Assembly (NCBI GenBank): GCA_964461835.1
Contig: CAYWVO010000006.1
Coordinates: forward strand, 13,998 to 77,997
Direction of reading: 5' to 3'
Length of the DNA: 64,000 bases
From: an uncultured Ignavibacteria bacterium
Lineage (GTDB): Bacteria > Zixibacteria > MSB-5A5 > WJJR01 > JAJRUJ01
Part shown: positions 37,010-46,292 of the stretch, piece after piece
Position numbering within the stretch: the first letter of the stretch is position 1
Layout: each line of letters starts with the position of its first letter
The notes under the pieces: model-generated
What the model was told of the DNA's origin: nothing
Databases searched by the model: none
The model's input: only the letters and a program-made list of their open reading frames with translations
Made by a program: the position numbers and the translations under genes

Positions 37010-37891
37010 TTACCTATATCGTGCGTGATTTCGTTTTCCGGACTGCGGTATTTCCGAAAGAAAATCCAGCGCAAATTTTTTCCACCCGGCAGGTCCTTCC
37101 TGGGGAATGCGTTCCAGGTTCGCCACGAGCAGATCTTCCCAGTGCCCGCCGCTCTTTTGCACCAGAACCGGGCGGTCAACGGAGGCCAGAAATGGCGCGT
37201 CGTTCTGACTGCTCCCGATGCCGATCACCTGCACGTGGGGATTTTCCCGCACGTACTGACCAATCAAAAAGGACACCGCAGCCCCTTTATCGTGCGCGCC
37301 GGTGACCATCTCATAACGAACCCCCTCGAACAACCGCAATCGATGTTCCTTCAGCGAATCGCGCAGCCGTTGACGGGTATGAAAATCGTGGCGGTCCAGT
37401 AAGATTTCACTATACGCCCGCGCTTTTGCCCGGTCGGCGACTCCGCGATCAAGTCCGGTCTCGGCGGCGATTTCCTCCGCCGTTAAATCGCCAAAGCCGG
37501 TTAACGATATGCCGGTATCATGCGCCACTTCTGCGAGAGAGTCTTTAATACGGGCGTAGGAGACGCCGAACTCCTTTTTTGTACAAGCTCCATTGTCCTG
37601 CATCTGGTCGATCGGCTCGCGAAAATATTTCCGGGGAATGAAGACCGCGGCGCCGTCCTCGACAATGTACGGATGCCGATTATCGACCTGAGAGCGATAC
37701 CACTCGACTTCGGCGCTCGTTCTTCCGGAACAAAAAATCAACGGGATGTCGGCGTCTTCCAGTGCTGCGATTGCCACCTGCGTCTCCACCAGTGAATTGT
37801 TGCGCGCATCCAGCAGGGTACCGTCCAGACTGGTAATGATGATATGGTCAGTTTTCTTCATCGGTGTACCCCGCTGATGCCGCACCGTCAT
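37010..37891 (-). CDS. HAD-IIB family hydrolase, mannosyl/glucosyl-3-phosphoglycerate phosphatase-like
   Basis: Has HAD motif I ITSLDGTLLD. The true start may be the internal Met (MKKTDHII, at 37861). Confidence 0.7.
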   Translation of the reverse strand: MTVRHQRGTPMKKTDHIIITSLDGTLLDARNNSLVETQVAIAALEDADIPLIFCSGRTSAEVEWYRSQVDNRHPYIVEDGAAVFIPRKYFREPIDQMQDNGACTKKEFGVSYARIKDSLAEVAHDTGISLTGFGDLTAEEIAAETGLDRGVADRAKARAYSEILLDRHDFHTRQRLRDSLKEHRLRLFEGVRYEMVTGAHDKGAAVSFLIGQYVRENPHVQVIGIGSSQNDAPFLASVDRPVLVQKSGGHWEDLLVANLERIPQEGPAGWKKFALDFLSEIPQSGKRNHARYR

Positions 37892-37898
37892 CTCACCG

Positions 37899-38543
37899 CT
37901 ATCGCAGGTGCGTAATCGCGTCGTTCGGGTTATCGTTGTTATCGGCCTGGGCGGTTTCCAAAATCAATGGCGCATCCGACCGGCGCACCTCCATCAAATC
38001 GGCAATGCGTTTCAGAGAAAGCGCAATCGTGGCCTGTTCCAGCTCCGGTAATTGTTGCAGCGCAGCCGCCAAGCTGTCCTGCAAGGGCGACGGCGCGTTT
38101 TTCACCAGTTGCTCCCCCTGCTCCGTCAAGGTTACATTTACCTGCCGGCGATCATTGTCGTCGCGGGTGCGCTGGATGAAATCCTTCTTTTCCAGCCGAT
38201 CCAGAATCCCGACCACCGTACTCGGACTCAAATGCACGTGCTCAGCGATCTGGGTGGCAGTGATCGAGCCGGTATCGCGAATTGCCAGCAAACACACCAG
38301 CTGCGGCGCGGTTATCTGCAACGTGAGCTGCAACTTGTGGGAGTGGAGGTCGACCGCTCGCGTGATTTGACGCAATGCCTGCAAGATTTGCAGGTCGTAG
38401 CGGATCTGTGGCGTGGCTCGGGGAAGCGAACCTGGGGTGATTTCCTGATCACTTAATTCGCTGAGCCTGAGTTTTCCCTCTTGAGAATCCCCGCTAACTT
38501 GTTCTTCACGTTTAACTTTCTTCGATTTCGTCTTCCCGGCCAT
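37899..38543 (-). CDS. MarR family transcriptional regulator with a Lys-rich N-terminal extension
   Basis: Has a winged-helix segment TQIAEHVHLSPSTVVGILDRLEKKDFIQR…DRRQV. Confidence 0.85.
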   Translation of the reverse strand: MAGKTKSKKVKREEQVSGDSQEGKLRLSELSDQEITPGSLPRATPQIRYDLQILQALRQITRAVDLHSHKLQLTLQITAPQLVCLLAIRDTGSITATQIAEHVHLSPSTVVGILDRLEKKDFIQRTRDDNDRRQVNVTLTEQGEQLVKNAPSPLQDSLAAALQQLPELEQATIALSLKRIADLMEVRRSDAPLILETAQADNNDNPNDAITHLR

Positions 38544-38663
38544 CTCGCGTTCTCCAGACTAAATCTTGTATTTGGTTAGTATACGAATGATTTGCATGCA
38601 AATGATTGCCGTAATAAGTAAATTTTCGTCGTTGTGGTATCAATTTACCAGTCGCGCGGGTGG

Positions 38664-39020
38664 CTATGACTGGAAATACTGCGCGGCTTCTTCTTTGAAC
38701 AGCACCCAGAGGGTATAGATGCCGAGGATGGTGCCAAAAGGAATATTGAGGAGATTGATAAATCCCAGAATTAAGACCAAATACCGCGCCCAGGATTGAC
38801 GTTTGAGCAGTCCCCAGCCACCAATAATGCCCGGCAACGATACAATTAGGGCAAAGATTGCGATACTGGTGGCGACAATGGCGGTGACCGCCATCGCTTC
38901 CGGGTCACCGGAGATCAATCCCGCACCCCCGACAGTAAACAGTACGATCAATCCGCCCAGAATGCCGAGCACACTAAGAATGATGTAAATGATCCCCAAC
39001 ATCTTTACATGTTGTTCCAT
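38664..39020 (-). CDS. Hypothetical small membrane protein
   Basis: An AAGGAGGA RBS precedes MEQHVKMLGI. Has 4 predicted TM helices. Confidence 0.4.
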   Translation of the reverse strand: MEQHVKMLGIIYIILSVLGILGGLIVLFTVGGAGLISGDPEAMAVTAIVATSIAIFALIVSLPGIIGGWGLLKRQSWARYLVLILGFINLLNIPFGTILGIYTLWVLFKEEAAQYFQS

Positions 39021-39132
39021 GAAGTCATCCTCCTTGAGGCCAAGGGATGCTGTTGAGTTTCTCTTCCGGACCGTTTGGCGGGCCGCGCCCGGAACCAGAC
39101 CCACTGCGCAGCCGGAATCCTTTTGGCGATTC

Positions 39133-39510
39133 TCACACGCGCGTCTGTTTCTTAAACACCACCGACAGCAGCAACACTACCCCGGCCAAGATCAACAGGA
39201 CCGGAATAAAGGGCACATCCGATTCGGCCAGGTGCCAGATACCGCCGGCAATAAACGCCAGCCCGACCAATCCCCAGAACCATTCCACCTCCGCCCGATA
39301 AAACAGGCGAATAGCCTGTTCGCCGACAAAGAGGATGCCAACTCCAATAAGGCCAGTCGGCCAACCGACCTGCAACAGAAAGGCGATACCGACCCAGATG
39401 AATAACAACCCCCAGCCGACCGTATCGATGCGGCTGGAAAGTTCCCGTCTCTTTTCAATCTCAGCATCCGCGGTAGTGTTCTCAGCCGGATGTTCTTTTC
39501 CCATCTCCAT
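39133..39510 (-). CDS. Hypothetical small membrane protein
   Basis: A GGAGG RBS precedes an internal ATG. Has 3-4 TM helices. Confidence 0.4.
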   Translation of the reverse strand: MEMGKEHPAENTTADAEIEKRRELSSRIDTVGWGLLFIWVGIAFLLQVGWPTGLIGVGILFVGEQAIRLFYRAEVEWFWGLVGLAFIAGGIWHLAESDVPFIPVLLILAGVVLLLSVVFKKQTRV

Positions 39511-39613
39511 GGCACCTCCAATGTACAACGATCGACGTAAATATTCGCACCTTGCTCCTTAGATGCAATAAAAAGTAGCTTAATCTCTGGGAGATAATAA
39601 AGGCTATCACCGC

Positions 39614-40822
39614 TTGAAGGAGAATTGCGTTCTCCAAGCGGTATTTGGTATCCTTAAGGTGATGAGTGCTGCCATCGACACCTATCGTGGCTTTGAGCAG
39701 GGGCCAATCCGTCCGCCCAGTGAGGCCCGCAGCCTGTTTATTCGCCTCACTCGCAACTGCCCCTGGAATAAATGCACCTTTTGTCCGGTCTATAAAGGAT
39801 CAGACTTTTCGATTCGCCCGGTCGACCATGTGAAGCGCGATATCGACGAAGTCTACCGGCATATCGAGTATCTGCAAGAAGTGTATGATACCGGAATTGC
39901 GCCCGATCACCGGTTCCTCAATGACTACTCCGCCGATTTCGATCTGCCACAGATGATGGCGTTACAAGCGGCATACCACTGGTTGATCTCCGGGGGGATG
40001 CGGTCGGTGTTCTTGCAGGATGCCAACTCACTCATTGTCAAAGCTACTGACCTGGTGGAAATCCTCACGCATCTCCGGCAACGGTTTCCGCAGATTACGC
40101 GAGTGACGTCTTACGCGCGCGCCCAAACCGTAGCGCATCGTTCGTTCGATGACCTGCAAGCAATTGCCGAGGCCGGCCTTAATCGCGTGCATATCGGGTT
40201 GGAATCCGGATCGGATGCCGTGCTCAAACGCACCAAAAAGGGTGTGACCAAAGAACAGCATATTCGAGCCGGCCAGAAAATAGTCGCCGCAGGGATGGAA
40301 CTTTCGGAGTACGTCATGCCGGGCTTAGGGGGGCAAGAATTATCTACCGAGCACGCCCGCGAGACTGCCGAGGCACTCAATGAGATCAACCCACATTTTA
40401 TCCGTCTTCGTACGCTGGCCCTGCCGCGGGGGATTCCGCTCAGGGAAGACTTACAGGAGGGGAGTTTTCATCCCTGCAATGATCGGGAAATCACCGCAGA
40501 ACTCATCTCCTTAATTGAACAGCTCGACGGCATCACCAGCGTGATCACAAGCGACCATGTGCTCAATTTATTTGAAGATTTGGCGGGTCAACTACCGGAT
40601 GACAAACCGAAGATGCTGGACATATTACGCTCCTTCCTAGAACTCGAGCCCAAGCGGCAGCAGCTCTATCAGGTTGGTCGGCGGATGGGGTTCTTCCGCG
40701 GATTAGCGGATATGCAACAGCCCGGACGACTGGCGCGTGCCCGTCGGGCATACGACCAGCTGCGGGTCAGCGAAAATACGGTTGATGATGTGATTCGTGA
40801 ATTAATGATGCGGTTTGTATAG
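39614..40822 (+). CDS. Radical SAM superfamily protein
   Basis: Has the CxxxCxxC motif CPWNKCTFC. The true start may be an internal Met (MSAAIDTY). Confidence 0.75.
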   Translation: MKENCVLQAVFGILKVMSAAIDTYRGFEQGPIRPPSEARSLFIRLTRNCPWNKCTFCPVYKGSDFSIRPVDHVKRDIDEVYRHIEYLQEVYDTGIAPDHRFLNDYSADFDLPQMMALQAAYHWLISGGMRSVFLQDANSLIVKATDLVEILTHLRQRFPQITRVTSYARAQTVAHRSFDDLQAIAEAGLNRVHIGLESGSDAVLKRTKKGVTKEQHIRAGQKIVAAGMELSEYVMPGLGGQELSTEHARETAEALNEINPHFIRLRTLALPRGIPLREDLQEGSFHPCNDREITAELISLIEQLDGITSVITSDHVLNLFEDLAGQLPDDKPKMLDILRSFLELEPKRQQLYQVGRRMGFFRGLADMQQPGRLARARRAYDQLRVSENTVDDVIRELMMRFV

Positions 40823-40847
40823 CACCCAATTGGCTGCCGGCTTAATT

Positions 40848-42047
40848 CTATCCCTGCGGAGATTTCATGCGCTGTAACCGCGAGTCCATGGCACGGGCGC
40901 GCGTTGACCAGAAGAATTTATCGATGTGACGGCGAACTGGTGCGGCGGTGGCATAGAGATTTTCACCGGTCCCTACCTGATCGGTAAGATCGCGCAGGCG
41001 TTGTGCCAGTGCGCCGACTGAACCGTCGTAGAGATACATTTGGCAGTCGTTTACACAGAGGTGCTGCAAAAGCTCGGGGTATACGAGCCGCTCGGGCAAT
41101 AGTGGATATGCACCGGCAGCGATGGCTTCCAGGGTGGTGATCCCGAAAAACTCATGCTTCGCGGTGGAGACAAACACGTCCGCCTCCCGCAGAATTTCGC
41201 GGTATCGCTCGCGGGATTTCACGTATCCCCAGGCGCGGATATTCTCGGCATAGTATTCCCGTGCCCAGGAAAAAACCTCCGGTTGCCGGTCGTACTGTTG
41301 ACCGAGTACGTCAATGGTAAACGGGATCTCTGGCTCTTTCAGCAACTGCAGAGCGTTGAAGAAATCCTCCGGATTTTTATCGTGCTCCCACCGCGCGGCC
41401 CAGACCAGGCGGATTGGTCCCGGTTTTCGGGGTGGACGGTCTGAAAACCGGGGAATGCCGGGATATTGGGTTCTTGTGGGGATTTTTCCCACCCGCTCAA
41501 TTGGGATTTTTGGGGCGGGCATGCGTTTCAGGAATTGCTCAGCGGCGGTACGAAACACACGACGATGATAATCGGAGTTAAACCACACCTCGTGAGCTGA
41601 CAGATAAGAAACAATATTGGTAAAACCGAAGTGGTAATCGCGCTCACGTTCCTCACGCACCGGGTACGTCAATTGGTTCTCATGAAAGTATAACACGGTG
41701 GGGAGACGACGGATGCGCTCATCCACCTGCCCTTTGAATTCCAGGAGATTTAACATATCGGTACAAACCACGACATCCCAAGGTGGTGCAGTGCCGGAAT
41801 ATTCAGCCAAAAGATCATCGACCTGTTCGGCAAAGGTAATTGCCGCATGCCGCATCCGCCATTTCCAATGAGTGGCCGGTAGGGTCCACAAGGTCCATTC
41901 ATGATCGCTGTGGGAGATCCAGCCATCAAGAAATGCCCGATGACTCCCGCCGTAAAATGGTTCTAAAGCCAGGATATGTATGCTCAGCACCCGTCTTCCG
42001 TGAAATGGTAATATACCAAAAAGGACCGGCCCTTTGCTATGGGGCAA
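40848..42047 (-). CDS. Glycosyltransferase family 1 protein with an N-terminal DUF3524 domain (GTDC1-like)
   Basis: The N-terminus ILALEPFYGGSH is DUF3524-like. A C-terminal GT1 fold is present. Confidence 0.65.
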   Translation of the reverse strand: MPHSKGPVLFGILPFHGRRVLSIHILALEPFYGGSHRAFLDGWISHSDHEWTLWTLPATHWKWRMRHAAITFAEQVDDLLAEYSGTAPPWDVVVCTDMLNLLEFKGQVDERIRRLPTVLYFHENQLTYPVREERERDYHFGFTNIVSYLSAHEVWFNSDYHRRVFRTAAEQFLKRMPAPKIPIERVGKIPTRTQYPGIPRFSDRPPRKPGPIRLVWAARWEHDKNPEDFFNALQLLKEPEIPFTIDVLGQQYDRQPEVFSWAREYYAENIRAWGYVKSRERYREILREADVFVSTAKHEFFGITTLEAIAAGAYPLLPERLVYPELLQHLCVNDCQMYLYDGSVGALAQRLRDLTDQVGTGENLYATAAPVRRHIDKFFWSTRARAMDSRLQRMKSPQG

Positions 42048-42089
42048 AGGGCCAGCGGGGTGTTACGAAGCGGAATCTCTTATCAGCCG

Positions 42090-42695
42090 TCAGCGCCGAA
42101 ACCAATCCAGACGACGTAGTTCCGGCACGCGGTCGGCTAAATCTTCGGCGACTTCTTCTAAGTCTTCAGACATATCCTCGATTACTTCCGCGCGGTCCTC
42201 CAATTTCTCGGCTTCCCGTTCCAGTTTTTCGGCCTCGCGTTCGATATCGCGCTCAAATTCTTCCTCGGTATAATCGGTGAGCAGCATGCGGACGGTCCCC
42301 CCGATGGCGCCGATGCCGATACCGGCGCCGGCGATGCCAATCACCGCAGCCTCGGCCCCAATTACAATCGCCTCATCGACCATCTCCATCGTACCGTGAT
42401 AAAACTCTTCAATCAGTTCGTCGGCTTCATCGTCGGTTCGGACGTGACGACCGTTAATGTAGAGCGCATAATCCTCAGTGATCACGATTTCGCCGCGTCC
42501 GTGATGGGGCCGAATAATCAATGTCTGGTCCTTGTCCAATTCAATTTCCCAATCGTCAAACACGCAGAGGTGATCGTCATCGTGATAATAGTAGTCGCTG
42601 CATTTTTTGTCGTAACGATAATCGGCGGCAAACACAGTGCCGACGAATGTCAGGCATAACGCCAGGGGCAGGGTGACACGAAAGGCCGAACGCAT
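42090..42695 (-). CDS. Hypothetical secreted/membrane protein with a Gly-zipper and an acidic coiled-coil tail
   Basis: Has a signal peptide. Contains GIAGAGIGIGAIGG followed by a Glu-rich repeat EREAEKLEREAEKLE. Confidence 0.45.
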   Translation of the reverse strand: MRSAFRVTLPLALCLTFVGTVFAADYRYDKKCSDYYYHDDDHLCVFDDWEIELDKDQTLIIRPHHGRGEIVITEDYALYINGRHVRTDDEADELIEEFYHGTMEMVDEAIVIGAEAAVIGIAGAGIGIGAIGGTVRMLLTDYTEEEFERDIEREAEKLEREAEKLEDRAEVIEDMSEDLEEVAEDLADRVPELRRLDWFRR

Positions 42696-42893
42696 GAGTC
42701 ATATCTCCCAGTTTTTTTTCTCGTACTCCAGCATACGGAATAACTGCCGGCAGGTTTCGTCCAGACTGCAAATAATTACACCCGGATAACTCCTTTGCGC
42801 GACAGGGGGTGAGCAGAAAAGCAGGTGCATTCTCCGTAGATGTGGGAGGTGTAATGCCAAGTGGAATGTCGGACTACACCAACTTGGAGCGTG

Positions 42894-44948
42894 TTAGACG
42901 GGGGTGGAGGCGGTATCGCGGTTTTGTTCGTCCATCAGCCGACAGCCTTCGAGCAGAATGGTCTCATTGGGCATTTTACAATTGGTGGCGGGTGGGGAGT
43001 CGATCGGATGCAACGTGAATGATCCGGTATCCCAGGTCAGGATATCATACACAGCTTTTTCACCCTGGAAATCATTCGTCTGGGCGAATTTGATGTTCCC
43101 CTGCCACAGTGCAACCATGCCCTTCCGGTTGCCACTTTGCAGTTCAATGCGGACACTCCGGCCGCTGGCGGCGAGCACCTGAACCATATCGACAAAGCTC
43201 AACTGTTGCAATGAGCCGGCGACCGTTGCCTCCTTACCAGCAGATTTTTCGCTGCGGGTGACGGCGCGTTTGAGCTTGGCGATCGCCACGCCGGAGTCCC
43301 ACTGGCCGCTCCAGACATCCTCGAATCCCGCCTCGAGCGCGGCGCGCTCCAAAGCGGTATCCGCTTCATCCAGGATCAGAAAACTGACTAATTCAATGTT
43401 ACTGCTTTTGAGCCAGTCGAGCCACTCCAGGGCACCCTCGGCCGCCCAAATCACCGCGTCCGGGGTACGGCGATCAACCTGGCGCCGCGCCTCTGTTGCG
43501 CCCTTGGATTGCACGACCCGCCAGCCCTCGTTCTCCAGTTGCATCACCAGGTGGCCCCACTCGACCGGATGATCGGCCACCATCAGCACCTCGAGCGGCC
43601 CCGGCGGCAGACACCCATCCAACACTTCCTCCTGTACCACCCGCAGCATGGCTTCCACGACCGCAGGGTCGAAACGCTGGCCGGCCTCGCTGCGCAACCA
43701 TTCGGTGAGTTTGCTCAGGGACTCAATAGAATTGACCGGTTGCTCTTCCGCCGCCTGTAAAAACGCCCGGGTAACGGCGTACACTTTCGCGGCGAGCGAA
43801 TATTCGGCGCCCGATTCGCCCGGTTTGGTGCCGGTTTGATTAAACGGCGTCATCGATGAGCGATAGATTTCAACGACCGGATACGGGCACCGCGGCATCT
43901 CGGGGGATTCCTCTGAAAAAGACAGTCCAGGGATATCATCCGCCAGAATGGGGGTCAATTCACAGGCAACCATCAACGAATCGATTTCAAACTGCGTCAT
44001 CGGCAAAATTCGTGCGGCCGCGAGCGCATAGCGGGAGAGACGGCGGTCGCGATACCCCTCGGCAAACCGCTGGCTGACAAACTCTGCGAGATGAATATAC
44101 CCGTCACGCAACCGCTCATAGGAGAGTGGCGACCGCAACAGTGAGGTGGTCCAGGATGGTCGGGGTATCGCCTGGAGTTGGGGGAACTCCGCGCGCAGCG
44201 CCGGCATCGCGTTCGGTTGGGAGGCCGCCTGGTCGTTGTCGTAGATCAAATAGTCCCAGCTACCTTCAGGAATATTGACTCCGTCCCAGTTGACTACGCG
44301 ACAATGTTCCGCCTCCAGCAGTGATTTCAAGAGTTTGGCAATAAATGGTTGAGAAAGCCAGAGCAGGACGCCGGTAGTTGTTCGATCACCGGATTCCGCT
44401 CTCACACTGTCGTCATCCTGATCGATGAAGCCGAATGTGAAATGTAAACCGAGTGTTTGACCAAGCTTGTTGGGTTTTGGCGAAGACTTGGCCAGCGACG
44501 GTGTCTCTTTCTGAAGTTTATAACGTTGCCAAACCCGCCTGAAGGATACTTCTGGGATAACGGTGACGACCAGTGACTTAATTTTCCCCTGGAAGCGAAT
44601 TTCGTCCTGCAAGGCGACGTTGGTCGGATCTGTCACCGCCACTTCCAGCTGCCGTTTTTCCTCATCGTAGGCGAGGGGAAGCACACCCCGTTGACGCAGC
44701 CAATGTTCGGGAAACAGATTCAGGGCCGATTCTTCCAGGATTGCGGTCTCCGGATCCCACTTGGGAATGTTGTATTGTTCGGCCAACGCCTCGGCCAGTT
44801 GGGTCTCCGAAAGAAAGCCCAGTCTCACCAACACCGACCCCAACCGCCCGCCGGTCTCGTCCTGTTCTTTGAGCGCCTGGACCAGTTGTTGCTCCGTCAC
44901 CCAGCCATTGCGGAGAATGATTTCATCGAGCCGTGTCTTTGAGGTCAT
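42894..44948 (-). CDS. Regulatory protein with an N-terminal MshEN (T2SSE_N-like) domain and a C-terminal DUF4388 domain
   Basis: The N-terminus LDEIILRNGWVTEQQLVQALKEQ…LGSVLVRLGFLSETQLAEALAEQY is MshEN-like. The C-terminus LSFVDMVQVLAASGRS…GEKAVYDILTWDTGSFT is DUF4388-like. It overlaps pilT by 4 bp. Confidence 0.7.
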   Translation of the reverse strand: MTSKTRLDEIILRNGWVTEQQLVQALKEQDETGGRLGSVLVRLGFLSETQLAEALAEQYNIPKWDPETAILEESALNLFPEHWLRQRGVLPLAYDEEKRQLEVAVTDPTNVALQDEIRFQGKIKSLVVTVIPEVSFRRVWQRYKLQKETPSLAKSSPKPNKLGQTLGLHFTFGFIDQDDDSVRAESGDRTTTGVLLWLSQPFIAKLLKSLLEAEHCRVVNWDGVNIPEGSWDYLIYDNDQAASQPNAMPALRAEFPQLQAIPRPSWTTSLLRSPLSYERLRDGYIHLAEFVSQRFAEGYRDRRLSRYALAAARILPMTQFEIDSLMVACELTPILADDIPGLSFSEESPEMPRCPYPVVEIYRSSMTPFNQTGTKPGESGAEYSLAAKVYAVTRAFLQAAEEQPVNSIESLSKLTEWLRSEAGQRFDPAVVEAMLRVVQEEVLDGCLPPGPLEVLMVADHPVEWGHLVMQLENEGWRVVQSKGATEARRQVDRRTPDAVIWAAEGALEWLDWLKSSNIELVSFLILDEADTALERAALEAGFEDVWSGQWDSGVAIAKLKRAVTRSEKSAGKEATVAGSLQQLSFVDMVQVLAASGRSVRIELQSGNRKGMVALWQGNIKFAQTNDFQGEKAVYDILTWDTGSFTLHPIDSPPATNCKMPNETILLEGCRLMDEQNRDTASTPV

Positions 44949-46024
44949 GAGACCGCCTCCGGGGATGATTGCTTGGTCGTGCTTCCCAGCTCCGACTGTT
45001 CAATACCCAGTGCTACGGCAGCCTCCGGATTAACCACGCCGGCTTCGATCAGTTGCGCGAGATGTTGACTCATTCGCTGCATGCCGGCTTTGCGGCCGGT
45101 CTGGATCGTAGTGTTCAACTGGTGAGTCTTGTTCTCTCGGATCATATTGGCAATTGCAGAGTTATTAATCATGATTTCCAGCGCCGCAATCCGGCCGTTG
45201 CCGTCCGCGCGACGGACCAATTGCTGCGAGATAATTCCGTTCATCGATTCGGAGAGCATGACCCGAATCTGGGTCTGCTGGTCAATCGGGAAGGCATCGA
45301 TCAACCGCGTCACCGTTTGTGCTGCGCTCTTGGTGTGCAGTGTGCCGAACACACTCAATCCCAATTCAGCGGCCGTGAGTGCCAGATGAATCGTCTCGAG
45401 ATCGCGCATCTCGCCCACCATAATCACATCCGGGTCCTCGCGTAGCGCGGCACGCAGCGCGGAGGCGAAACTTTTCGTGTGAATGCCCACCTGCCGTTGC
45501 GTAATCACACACTGTTTGTTCTCATGAACGAATTCCAGCGGGTCTTCCAGGGTAACAATGTGCTTGCTGAAATGTTCGTTGAGATGGTTGACCATCGCCG
45601 CCAGGGTAGTGGTCTTGCCGGAATTGGTCGGCCCGGTGACCAGCACCAATCCCCGCTGACTTTCGGCCAGCTTGGCGATAATCGGCGGGAATTCCAGTTG
45701 CTCCAGTGTTGGCGGCTCTTCGGGGATGATGCGGAACACTCCGCCGGGGCCGCGGTGATCGCGGAAGAGATTAACGCGAAACCGGGCAAAGCCGGGAGAG
45801 GTGTACGAGGTATCCAGATCACCGGTTTCCTCAAAGAGTTTAATTTGGTCGTCCTCCAGGATTTCATAGAGCAACAATTCGATATCGTTGCGGGAAAGCG
45901 GTTGTTCGTTAGCCGGTACCAGATCGCTGTAGATCCGGTACGTCACCGGTGCGCCGGTCATTAAATGGGTATCCGATGCGTCCAGCTCTTTCATATGAGC
46001 GAGAATATCATCGATCTGAGGCAT
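44945..46024 (-). CDS. pilT: Type IV pilus retraction ATPase PilT
   Basis: Has Walker A GPTNSGKTTT plus the Asp box, His box and the PilT-specific C-terminus. Length 359 aa. Confidence 0.9.
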   Translation of the reverse strand: MPQIDDILAHMKELDASDTHLMTGAPVTYRIYSDLVPANEQPLSRNDIELLLYEILEDDQIKLFEETGDLDTSYTSPGFARFRVNLFRDHRGPGGVFRIIPEEPPTLEQLEFPPIIAKLAESQRGLVLVTGPTNSGKTTTLAAMVNHLNEHFSKHIVTLEDPLEFVHENKQCVITQRQVGIHTKSFASALRAALREDPDVIMVGEMRDLETIHLALTAAELGLSVFGTLHTKSAAQTVTRLIDAFPIDQQTQIRVMLSESMNGIISQQLVRRADGNGRIAALEIMINNSAIANMIRENKTHQLNTTIQTGRKAGMQRMSQHLAQLIEAGVVNPEAAVALGIEQSELGSTTKQSSPEAVS

Positions 46025-46259
46025 ACCAACTCCTGTTGCCGGATACGGCGTTGTATTAGTGTCTTCGGCTGCTTGGCAAGCCAGTTGAGTCAGAGGCTAA
46101 TGGGAAAGACCATAACCGGCCGCATTTAGGTCAGTTGGATTGCCACTTGGGACCTTTTTTACACCGTACCCTTACCGACCCACCCGACGCTTTGCGTGCA
46201 TCACGCCCGCTTTGCTCTGGGTGGGGTACCCAAATCCTCTACGCTGTTAGGCTTGTTCT

Positions 46260-46283
46260 CACAGCTTTGAGGTTGCCACCCGA
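46260..46283 (+). repeat. Family-B partial copy B6 (GAGGTTGCCACCC)
   Basis: ctttgaggttgccacccgaacagg. Confidence 0.5.
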
Positions 46284-46292
46284 ACAGGAAAC

